DNA of 64,000 nucleotides, from positions 310,001 to 374,000 of the forward strand of contig NW_020845264.1 of NCBI RefSeq assembly GCF_003704095.1, read 5' to 3'. This document shows, in pieces, positions 1 to 11,317 of the stretch (the stretch's first letter is position 1; each line of letters begins with the position of its first letter). The DNA comes from Pocillopora damicornis. Taxonomy: Eukaryota. The position numbers were made by a program, and so were the translations under genes. The notes under the pieces were generated by a model. That model was not told the DNA's origin and made no database searches. It saw only the letters and a program-made list of their open reading frames with translations.

Positions 1-158
1 CAAATATGATACTCATCAGCCTCAATGTATACATAAAACTCAACAACACAATGGTTAATTAGAATGCCATTTTATTTGACAGTATTACACTGTCCTAACT
101 TTTCACATTGGGGTACTAAGGTTCATTTTGGTTGGTAAACATATCCATGGTGGCTTAC

Positions 159-805
159 TTCTTTGAACAAAGAACTCAGGAAGAAATCCAGTAACTTCAC
201 ATCCACCTTCAGCAACAGTTTTAGCCACAGTGCCCATAAGCCCAACAGAACCGCCACCATAAATGAGATTGATCTTATTCTTCGCTAAGCAAAGACCAAG
301 AGCTGCAGATATCAAAACCACGTGAGAAATTCAAATGAAAGTTAAAAATCAACAACAATTGATTTGGCTAAATTTCTGCACATACTCATACTGTATGCAA
401 TACGCATACAATTCTCTTTGGGACAGTCTGAACAGTACGTACAGCTTTGTTTTACAACAGGATGAGGCTGTGCAGAAAATGTTACCTTGATTTTCTTCTT
501 ATCCTCAGAAATGCAAGTGAGGAGTTTAAGCAAGCAAGCTGAAACGGTCAGAGGATTAGGCTATTCTTCATAAAATTTGCAGATATTTATTTGAATTAAT
601 CTCTGACAATTGCAGCCATTTCTTGGTTTTCATAACATTGCACGTTTCAACTTATTTGGTAGTGTGCGCATTTGATCACAAGTCTAACCATAGACAAAAA
701 TTATTCGAATTTCCACAGAAGAGAAGTACCTCTCGCGCTCTCCTCGAATCTTGGGTCACTTCCTGAGCTGGAACCACAAAACACAGTGATCGTTTTCAAC
801 GCCAT
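159..805 (-). CDS. LOG-family (Lonely Guy) nucleoside 5'-monophosphate phosphoribohydrolase, 5' part; gene runs off the window start
   Basis: Exon 805-730 (MALKTITVFCGSSSGSDPRFEESAR, GT donor) splices in phase 1 to exon 302-159 (ALGLCLAKNKINLIYGGGSVGLMGTVAKTVAEGGCEVTGFLPEFF). VFCGSS and YGGG.VGLMG are typical LOG N-terminal motifs. Confidence 0.85.
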
Positions 806-2284
806 GATTAATCGAAGTACAATCATAAAGCAAAATTATCCAGGCGTAGTTATTCTAGTTCCCAGATTTCTCTGTCAGATACTGTAAGTTTCACTACCTT
901 TAATAAGTAAACGAGGGAAAAAAACAGAATTTCAACGCGGGCGTTTCCTTTGGAAAGCCCGAGTAATAAGTGAATAAAAAGATGAAAAAACCCTTTGAGC
1001 AGAACTCAACCAGATGCAAAGTTAATAAGGTAATCCGAGCAAATTTCGTGACCGAAATCACTGTCACGCGATGTAAGTTTTAACAGCATTTTGACCAGTA
1101 AGGCAAACCAGAATTAGGCGCAGATGACTGAATACAGACTGCAGGGATTTTATAGCTCATCTGTCTGGATTCGCTTTTTGTCCCGGCTCGAAACTAATCC
1201 TTAGATGTTACCTCGGTCACCAAATGGTTTGTTCACGCAATTCAACTCTCTTTGCAGTGCTTGCTTTGCACCGTAACAATGAATGTTATTGTGTCTTCTT
1301 GAATATCTTAATTCTTTTTAAAAGTAACTAATGAAAACAACTGTTGTAAGCATTCGAGAAAGTCCCGGAGTTCTCCGTCGTTTTCTGCTTTTGGAAGGTA
1401 AAGCTAAAGGTAAACAAGCAAACAAATGGTTGAAACTGTTGGTGCATGTTGATGAAACAGAAAACAATAGTGTCAACTCCTTTCTACATTCAAAGGTTCA
1501 CCCGAGACGCACAAGAGAGGGTCATCGTGATACAATGTTCTTATTTTGCGCCAGCCTCACACAAAGGATGCACCATGATAAATAACAAGGACTACCCATC
1601 TTATTCTCCATGGACGCAATTAACAAACAAAATCGTACATATCAAGCCAATAAGTCCAAAGGCATCCTTGATTTCATGCAAAGCATACGCAGTTAATCTA
1701 CGAAATTCTATCGAGCTCTCTTTCTGATATAACCATTGGTAACAAAAAAGAAAACCCAAACAAAAAACCAAACACAAGCAAACAAAACTCGTCAGAGGAA
1801 GGGAAGATTCGAAAGAGTGCCCCTTTGAAAAATATCTAATTCTCTAGTAATGCTGTACAGAAGAACCAATCACAATATTGGAGCCACTAAAATACTGTCG
1901 AGTCAACCATGAGTCACATGGACACCTCATAATCTAATCAAAGTACATCCAGATCATGATCGACTCTTTATTTCAGCAAAATAGCAAAGACCTGGGTCTT
2001 ATACTTGAACGTTATGAAAGAAACTAACAACAAACTTGACTCTATTCCAAATTCTGAGAGACAAATTGAAATGCCATGTTGGCATTGTTCGACTGTCTGG
2101 AAGGGAAATGTACCGTTTTAAAATACGAGACGAAAGAAAAATAATAAAAGAAATGTCTTTGCAAAAACGTCCTTTCGTTGAAGAAACCTCGAGGTGTTAA
2201 AAGAATTTCACCCCAGTAATGCAGCTAGTGGTGTTTAAAAGTATTTCTACACTGTTTCTCTCCTTAAACATAGCAATGTCCTTA

Positions 2285-5017
2285 TCATCGCGATGAACTC
2301 GAACTAGATCGGCTGTATCTCCGTCGCCTTGGTGGTGATCGACTTCTGCTCCGTGATTTCGAGCGAGACCTGCGCCTTGGAGACGGAGAACGCGATCGTC
2401 TACCCGCTCTAAACGAGCCACGGAATCGTGCAGGCGGTGATCTCCTCCAAGCTGGCATCGGACGGCGCCTCGGGGGTGGACTGGGACGGCGAGCGGGTCT
2501 AACGTCGCGTGGCCTTATGGGAAGCACCATCTGTGCGGTTATTTCTTGTCCATCAATCTGCCCGCCATCCATATGTTTCAAGGCAGTGTCTGCATCGTCC
2601 GCCTCGTCATACTCCACGTATGCAAATCCCCTGGGCATAAAGTTAAAACGGTCCATGGGTAAGTCAACTGACTTAACGTGACCGTATACGCTAAATATCT
2701 CGAAAACGTGATCCTTCGTGACGTTGCGTGTAAGATGTGCCACGTAAAGCTTGGCCGGTTTGGGGGTTGGGCTCCTTTTGCGTCTTCTAGGTGAGCGTGA
2801 AGAAGCTGAAGAAGACGATGAACGGGCGCGAGGTCCACGCTTCACAGGACTAGGAGACTTGGACACGGATTTGGAAACTGATCGCCGCGTGGGCCTAGTG
2901 CGTGGCGGCGGGGTGGGTGACTTAGGGACTGGTGATTTCTTTGGTGATTTCTTTGGCGATTTCCTCGGTGATTTTGGGGGAGGAGAGGCTTTGGGCGATT
3001 TTGGTTTAGGGGGAGGGGGTAGGGCTTTATCTTTGACTTCTTTGGGTTCCTTTGTTACTTCTTTCACTTCTTTGGTCTCCTTTTCCTTCACTTCTTTTTT
3101 AGTTTTGGGAGCTTTTCCCTTTTCATTATCTACAGAAAAGAAAACAAAAGAAAAAAGTCATTATAGAGGCCCAGTAAGAAGATGCACAAGTATTTACTTT
3201 TATGAACAACAACATTAAAAAGTTTACAAGCTGCAGGGGAGTATACTGATTTTTTTAAAGTCCTAATTCAGCTCTGGGTAATTTTTGAGTGCAATCTCAT
3301 TTTCACAAGCATTAAATTACTTATCAGAAATTCAGAGAATATCTTTGAATATTCAAAACTGAAAAAGACTATCTGGAGGGGATAAGAGGGTTATTGGTTT
3401 TCTCACTATGAGACTTGTAGTGCTCCACATACTCAATGGAACTTGGATTTCAAAGCAGTTGTAAAAAGTTCACAAACCAAGCTCCCTTAACTAACAAGCA
3501 AGACTCTATCATGATAGAATCACTCAGCAACGTAGTGGGTTTAAAATAATTAAAGTATGAAAGGACTCCTAAGTTTATCCACTCAGCTACAGGTGGATGG
3601 TACCTTTGATTCATCACTCTCATGATATTGGATAATAAATGATTAAATCTTTTTTTAAAAATGAGATAGGTCTACTAAGGTGTGTGAATAAGTCAAACAC
3701 TGCATATTTGTTTCCAAGAAAATAATTTGATATCCTTACTACTACTGCTGCTACTTGATCCACTACTACTGCGACTGGACCCACTATGACTTGATCCACT
3801 ACTACTGCTGCTACTACTTCTGCTGCTGCTTGACCCTGAACTGGAGCTGCGACTAGTGCTAGAACTGCCAGAGCTGGATGATGAACTGATAACAACACAA
3901 TCATGAAAATAAGCAATATTTCAATGAGGCTACACATGATATTATGTGAAAAAAAAAAAGCAAAGAGATGGTGGGCTTGGATTCTAGGCAGATTTTGAAC
4001 TCGACATGATAAATCCAATATCCACTACAGATACTACATTTATTAAGTCAACTTCCCACACTTTAGTACAGTTTCACAAAATCTCTCCTCAATGCTTTTT
4101 GACATGTCAAACAAATAGCAACTGAAGCACATTTGAGCATATCCACATAGAATGTGTGCACCAATAATTTGACATCATTATTAGTACCTTACCAATGCTG
4201 AAAAACTTTGGGTTGAACCTTTCCCTAAGTTTTTCATAATTTTCAGAGCTAAGCATTGGGTGAGTGTGAAACACAGTTAGGGTCGAATGAAGTTACCATG
4301 GTTTGGTCGTCGAGGTATACTAGAGAGCACATTAAACAGATCAGTATGTTAAGAGCCAACCTGGCTTACAATGATTAATATGCACTCATATCTCATAAAT
4401 AATGACCAAGACAACGTCTTTGTTGCCATTCTAAAATTTCCGCATGTCAGCTCCAAACAACATGCGAACACATCTTTGATTTGCGCAGGTCACATATGGT
4501 AAACAAAAATGATACATACAGCAAAATGGTTGCTGCCAAATTGAAACTACATTGATCATAGCTTTGTATACATAATGAAACTGATGTGTGGCATAAGGTT
4601 GCGGTTAAATCAGCGATATTCAATGAACAGAGGTAAAAAGCATTCAGAAAGGTCTCAAACAAGTCACCTGCTTGATAAACGATTTCGACGGCTACTTCCT
4701 TTATCTGTGCCGTTTTTGGCAGTCACTTTGCTTGAATCCCCTTTGCTTTTAGCCTTGGTCTTAGCCTTACTTGACTTTACTGGACTCCGGCCACGGGTAC
4801 TAGTAGTTCGCTTCTTTTCTTTGTCTTTGCGAGGTGCTGGAGAGCGCGAGCGACTTCTGCGACCCCTAAAGACCGACAAAATTCACGGCAAAATTAGCAA
4901 ACAAACAATCTAATATGCACCGTGATATAATTAAAAAAATAATTTGATATAAAGAGCAGCTTTTGAATGTGCAATAATAGAAAGATGGCCAAGGATTGTG
5001 CAGGAATCTACTCACAT
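2285..5017 (-). CDS. RNPS1: RNA-binding protein with serine-rich domain 1 (EJC/ASAP component)
   Basis: Exons 5017-5016 (AT), 4865-4668, 3885-3740 (poly-Ser) and 3129-2285 are phase-compatible. RRM KLYVAHLTRNVTKDHVFEIFS...MDGGQIDGQEI, RS/P-rich tail ending SRSSSSSSR. Confidence 0.93.
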
Positions 5018-5096
5018 CCCTAACGCTGACACCGCCAAGATGGCCGAATCCCGTACTTGACTTGGTTTCAGGTCCCACTCTGTCATAGCATCCAAC
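5018..5096. promoter_or_regulatory. Very short divergent interval between the RNPS1 and EEF2KMT start codons, with YY1-like motifs
   Basis: Start codons at 5017(-) and 5097(+); CAAGATGGCCG near 5036 and CAACATGGCGG spanning the EEF2KMT ATG. Confidence 0.6.
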
Positions 5097-8000
5097 ATGG
5101 CGGACGGCTTTAGTCTTTTGAACCTTGATGTTATTCAGAAGCAGTACTTGCAAATGGCTCCGTTGAAATTATTTCTTTGGAAAGTAAGATTATTTTGCAG
5201 AAAGAGTCAGTGGTGACACGACTGAAAATCTTCGGCGGCATATCTTTATTTTCGGGCAGCATAACTTCGGGCGAGATGACTTACTGACAACTTAATTTAA
5301 ACTACTCTTATATAACAAGGCATTTTTTCCCAAACTTAAAAAACTTTTTAAGCCACTGTTGTCGTTCATCGCGCAACTGTCATGTATAATGAAGTATGAG
5401 GTTGTACAGGAATCTCTTCGGTTGATTTAAACAATTTTATTCTCAATGTTATTGATTTTTCAGGCACTTGAGCAGGCAAGTCTCGACTTGGAAAAACAGA
5501 GAAAAATCCTATGCATGGTTTGTCTCATACATCTATCGATTTCAATTTTTTTTGCGTATTTGAATTAGCCATTGAAATATTTAATTATTTTTCAGACTTA
5601 TTTCTTCACTGCAGAATCGTCGTATGCTCCTTCGGTATCGTACCAAAGACTGTTTCTGAAACGCATGCTGAAGTTATGTGAGGACAGGTGTATCAAGATC
5701 GCGGATGAACTCTATGAAGCATACGGAGATGTGTGTGGTAAAGCAGAACACCTGGATAACAAGTGCTTTAAAACATATGTACTGGTGAGGTTCATTCAGA
5801 AAAGTATTGGGGACAATCATCAAAAACGAAAGATTTCCATTCAACCCCATGCTATTCTAAAACAAAGCCTTGGTCCCAGAGGTAATCTGTTTTTGTCGTG
5901 GGGGTAATTTTTTAAAGAAACTGTGGTGCTACCTTTCTTTTATCTGAGAACTGTACCCTCAATGAAGCATGGGGTAATGTGGGAACCTTGCCATCAAAAT
6001 TGACATATACATACATGCCAAGGTCTAAGAAAGTTATAGTATGTGTGTAACTATGATATACAAAAGGCACCACCCATATAAATTGGTTCAAGGACCCTTG
6101 TTCCTCTGGGGCATTTTGGAAAAGGCAACCCCTTTTAAGACAAAAAAAGTCATTTTTAATGTTGTAAGCCATTTATAATTAGAAAATTGGGTGACAGGTT
6201 TTACCCTTGTGAAGGACTTCTGGTGTCATACATTCTGCATCAGATAGGGAAAGTTCTATGTACAAGCATAAGAGTTAGGTGTGTGATCAAGAATATTCTC
6301 AGTGAGAGTATTTAGCATGTGATTGGGTGAATTATTCCTAAAACCTGTGATCTGTTAGGCCTGACATTTTAAGAGGAGCCTAATTAAATGTTAATTGATA
6401 ATTGAGGCAACCTTCAGCAGACTAACAATTTCCATAGAAGAAGGAAATAGTTTACCACTGGCCTCTTCATGCCAAATAAACCATAACATTAAATGGTTTA
6501 ACCTTTGATCACTTTTTAAGCCATGTGGGGCCTTGTTAACCCTTGAAGAAACTCAACAGTTTATCTCTAAAGGAACAACAGGACTTAGCACCTGGATGGT
6601 GAGTTTTCCTCTAAGATAATATCATAATTACTGGTGGTAATTTTTATGTATCCGGGAATGTATCAAGGTGGACTGTTATAGTAAGACGTAGCTGGATTTT
6701 TATAAAAGCCATAGGGGTAAGAACTCAGAGGAAAAATGTTACCAGTAACAACAGATACTTTTCTGCTCACTATTGGTTTTATGCCCACCATTTGATCCAC
6801 GATCAGAACATTATGATAATTGTTCTCATTTTTATTTTTATTCATTGTATTTAAGTCATGGTTTTGATGTAGATTAAATCTTGTAAATGGTAATTTTTTA
6901 ATGTAGATATAAGATTTGGCATGTAACTAATTTTCTCTTTTATTTAAATAATTATTTATTTATTCATCTACTGCTATTTAATTTTCAACTCCTAGTATGG
7001 TGTAAACTGTTTCAGCAGTGTCCCTATTAAAGTGAGAACTATGAGTAGGTCACTCTCCAAAAATTCAACAGGGGTGGAAGGGTAGGAGCTAATTTCTAAG
7101 GGTTGTATTATCAAAATGTTTACATTTGATTTTCTTTTGGAATGACTGATATCACAGGCAGGAGAATACCTTGCTGAGTGGGCACTAGAAAACCCTTCCC
7201 TATTTCAAGACAGGTAACTGTATGCTTGGCTTCAGATTAAGAAAAAGACCAACAACTTGAACTGCAAGTTAAAATTGCAGTTTATTCCATGAAAAAGATG
7301 GTTATTTTAAAAATGAAAATCATTATGCAGGCTTGGCAGTCTTGATGCCATCTTAATGTCTTTAGTTTTTGGCAGTAATAAATATTCAGAGGGCTTGGGG
7401 GATATGCTAGTTGTACCAATGATAAGTGTGCTAAAGATTTGGCTTAAATCCTGGCATGTATGGCAATTGTGTTGTACACTTGACAACTCATTTTGACATT
7501 GCTGCATTGGTTTTGACATTAAAATAAATCTTGCAAACTGTTAGGGAAACCACATGAAATATGGCAGGGTCACCAACTGTAGTAACCCATCTTTTAAGGC
7601 TGGAGTAGTTTTACAGTCAGTTGCTTCATTTGTCAGGAAGGCTGGGGTAGTTGGGGTCGTACAAATCATTCTTGAAGGGTTTCATAGTTCCCAGTTTCAA
7701 TTCTTCCATTTGCCATTCATTTTCTTTGGTGTTATTTTCCAGATCCATCATAGAGCTGGGCTGTGGTACTGGACTTACAGGACTTTCTATTTGCTCCATG
7801 AGTTCACCAAGCCAGTACATATTCAGTGACTGTCATAATGAAGTGTTCAAAGCACTTCAAAGCAACCTTGAACTGAATGGATTTGTCATAAGCCAGGCAG
7901 ACAGTGAATTACCATATTTAAATAACAAAAGGACTTGTGAGTCTCACACAGAGAGTGACATGCATAAACATTGGAAAGGATTGGCTCTCAGGAATCAAGA

Positions 8001-9557
8001 TAATCATGGCTACTCACATCACAGAGATATAACTTCTCAGCAAGACTCTGGAGTGACAACCAGCAAGACACCTGATATGGAAATAACTTTACACAAGTTT
8101 GACAAAACACCACAGTGTATGGCATGTTTATCAGACTATTCTGAAAGTGAAGATATTCATGACCTGTCAAGTTGTGCGTCAGATTTCATTGCTTGCTATT
8201 CAAGACATCCTTCAAGTCAGATAAGGCACTTAATTGAAGACTGTGCCAATCATTCTTGGGACACTCAAGTTGACATTTGTAAATTAGACTGGACAACTTT
8301 AAAGAAGAGTGATTTGAGGAGATTTTCAACTGGGATTATTTTAGCTGCTGGTATGTATAGGGAAATATGGTACACTTTCTCTTAAGTGTAGGACACTCAT
8401 GGGGTGTGGCTGTGGTGGGGGATGATGATTAGGTGATGCTAAATCCACAGAATGTACACTAAGGTGACTTTGGTGTTGGCACTATGTGAAGTTCTTTTCT
8501 GTCCAATAAGGCAATTTAAGCCATGATGATGAGGCCTCACAAGGCCAAAACAGCTGCACTATGCTGCTCTCTTGGTCACTTACTCCTTCAGCTTCTTCTG
8601 TATGATAGAGGAAACCACGGATCACTTACATCAATGCCTTGTAGCCATGAGTGCTCATCCTGAGGTTTCAGTGCACCATCTTAAATCAGACAATTGTTTT
8701 AATCTTGCATGACACCACATTAAGTGTAATCTGATGAATTCTTTCATACTGGTTTACAAATAACAGACACAGTGGTGATTTATCAAAATTGAAAATCTTT
8801 TAGGACCAAATGATGAATTTGTGAAAAGTATGTGTAATAGTTATGGAGATGAAAAGTTCTTCCCATCAAAAAAACCTGCCATCAAATTGGAAGACAAAGG
8901 TTCAGGTCAAAGCACATCAAAAGCAGTTGGGTTTGCCTTTTAGCTCTTGTATGACTAAAAAGCATGAGTGTGTTTGAGTTTTCTTTACTATAAATTGTGC
9001 TTTTAAAAACAAAACTGTTTTTAATTTCTTTAATAGATGTTATTTATGATAGTGAGTTGACCCCAGCATTAGTGAGAACTTTGCATCTACTCTTAAGGTA
9101 AGTACTGATCAAGTTAGTATTTTTTTTTGTCATGGTAGCTTCTCATACAAATTTACTTTGTTCATAAAAATGTCATTACTTGAGAAAGTTAACTAATGTT
9201 TTAACATGTGCATCTGTTGTAGTACTGGTGGCGATAAAAGGGGGAAACCTGTTGCTTTCATTGCTTCAACCATCAGGAATCTGCAAACATATGAATTGTT
9301 TCTTAATTGCCTTTGTAAGTAAAGTTAACTTCATTTGATTCCATTAGTAAAATTAAAACATTTTTATTATGATAAGTGTACAATTGCCCTTAATTTTAAA
9401 AATGTTCTTTGCAAAAAATTATAATTCTGAGGTAGAGTATTTTGTTTGGTTTGCAGATGAACACGATATTTCCTGCAGTGAAGTAACCAAGCCAGCAAAT
9501 CAAGTTTTTTATTATGATCAGAGTTGTGAAATTAAAATTATCAAGCTTGAAGTCTAA
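5097..9557 (+). CDS. EEF2KMT: Protein-lysine N-methyltransferase EEF2KMT/FAM86A-like (9 exons)
   Basis: Exons ~5097-5183, 5464-5517, 5596-5784, 6521-6598, 7158-7213, 7743-8350, 9037-9097, 9223-9314, 9456-9557. FAM86 N-domain (YQRLFLKRMLK, DELYEAY), GTTGLSTW-AGEYLAEW, motif I IIELGCGTGLTG, YIFSDCH, LDW, AADVIYD, ASTIRN. Confidence 0.9.
8526..8557 (+). ncRNA. Degenerate minimal hammerhead-like motif in an EEF2KMT intron
   Basis: ATGATGA-GGCC-tcacaa-GGCC-AAAAC-AGCTG resembles CUGAUGA/stem II/GAAAC, with both core strands mutated. Confidence 0.4.
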
Positions 9558-10393
9558 TTTAATGAGCTTTAATTGTGTGGTATTCCTCAGACAAAATAAT
9601 GTAACAGCTTTCCTTTGTTCAAAAGTTATTCATACTTTATTTACTATACACAATGATATTGGAAGTTTTACCACACAATACATTTTTACATTAAAACTAA
9701 ACCAATTAACATATTATTAGAAAAGTTTTTAAATACTTAGTACTATGAAGTAGTCATTCTTAATAGTAAAACTAAAATTCAGAAGAAGTCAGATGAAACC
9801 TAACAGTGTCATTCAAATGAAACAAATAAATTAATTTATTCTGGCCTTTTTTCCGAACTGATATAGTTGAAAATCTCAGAGATTGAAGAATTTTTTAATG
9901 TAGATCATTTGTTGAAAAGGAAAAACAATTTTAATATTGCTCCATTCTGCAATTAGCTAGCAACCTTAAAAATATATCATTACATTCAAAGGGTAGTTAC
10001 TTTTAGAACTTTAGAGTAATCCACCCTTGATGATCATTTTCATATTAAGTCTCATAAATCATAACTTTGTTTTTACCATGTAAAATATCAAATAGGATTC
10101 TATTCTAAAATTTCTTTCCTCGCAGATTTAAAGTAATTCATTAATTCTAAAGCCCAGATGCCACTTAGTCATTTTAATTCATTCTTAAAGTACTCTCTGT
10201 AGAGAAGTTTCCTACCAACATTTAATTACTTTTACTGTTTACAATTTGCAGAAAGGAAATGGCAAAACTATAGAATACATTTATTAAATAAAACACCACA
10301 TATCTACAATTGCTCTTTACTGAACTAAGAAAATGCTGATCTTTTAGAAGAATCACACAAAACTTGAACCTGTCTGGGGTTTGCAACTCTTCA

Positions 10394-10588
10394 TCCTTTA
10401 ACTCTCAGAAATGATTAACACGAATACTCCCTACAATATCCATACATTCACCAGCAAACAGGTAATGTGAATACTTAAACTTATCACAAAGTTATATCTA
10501 TCTAACATCAAATTCTTGTAACCAATTTACAAGGAAATGTGTGGCAGCTAGAGGGGAGAATTACAAATCAGATCTAGGAGTTAACAGG
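10394..10588. mobile_element. piggyBac-like MITE (same family as 19278-19492)
   Basis: Internal similarity to the 19.3-kb copy (CAGCAAAC.GGTAATG, AGAGGGGAGAA); ends TCCTTTAAC...GTTAACAGG followed by TTAA. Confidence 0.6.
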
Positions 10589-11317
10589 TTAAAGGTCGAT
10601 TGTCAGTCTGAATGCATTGCTGAATTTCTGTCAATTTGAAAATCGTCACTTTGAAATTACAGCCAATCAAAACATTACATCAAGACCACTTCAAATAAAC
10701 AAAAAGACAAAGACAAGAGGCTACTGGGTGTGGACAACAACCTTCAGTAGCTATAACAAAAGTTACATATTATGCTATCTAATATTAAATACTAGCTGCC
10801 CATTACAAGTGTACTCTATGAGAAAACAGCCCTACATGAAACAAATGACAATAGCAGCCTACAGATCTGTACATTGAAAAATATTACATAAAAATACACA
10901 GAAAGACTTTAAACACACCTAAACTTTCTGTAATACATATTCATATTAATTTAATTCTTAAAATTTGAATGAGCATTCATCATGAAATGTTGAGAGCTTT
11001 GATTAATAACAAGAATAGAAATAATTAAAATATTATATGCTATACTTCTCAACCCCCCACTTCCTCAAATATGATTATTATACTTTTCACACATTTAAGT
11101 TATGTATTTGATACCAGCTTAAAGCTGTCTTCTGATCATTCAAAATGAAGTCATTCTCTCTGCAGATCTTAAAGATTTTCTGAAACATAACCTATTCTCA
11201 ATGCGCCAAGGGCAACATTGACATGTCAGTGTCTAGGTGGCTCTTGTTTTAATCAAAGGAGACATTTTTTAATGCTCTTGAAAACAGTGATATTTTACAA
11301 GCTCTGTAATCAGTCAG

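Noticed and set aside
2751-3218. 155-aa Gly-rich ORF on +
   Set aside because: Antisense shadow of the Pro/Lys/Ser-rich RNPS1 exon.
3620-4018. Hydrophobic Val/Ala-rich membrane protein ORF
   Set aside because: Alternative frame of the RNPS1 poly-Ser exon plus intron sequence.
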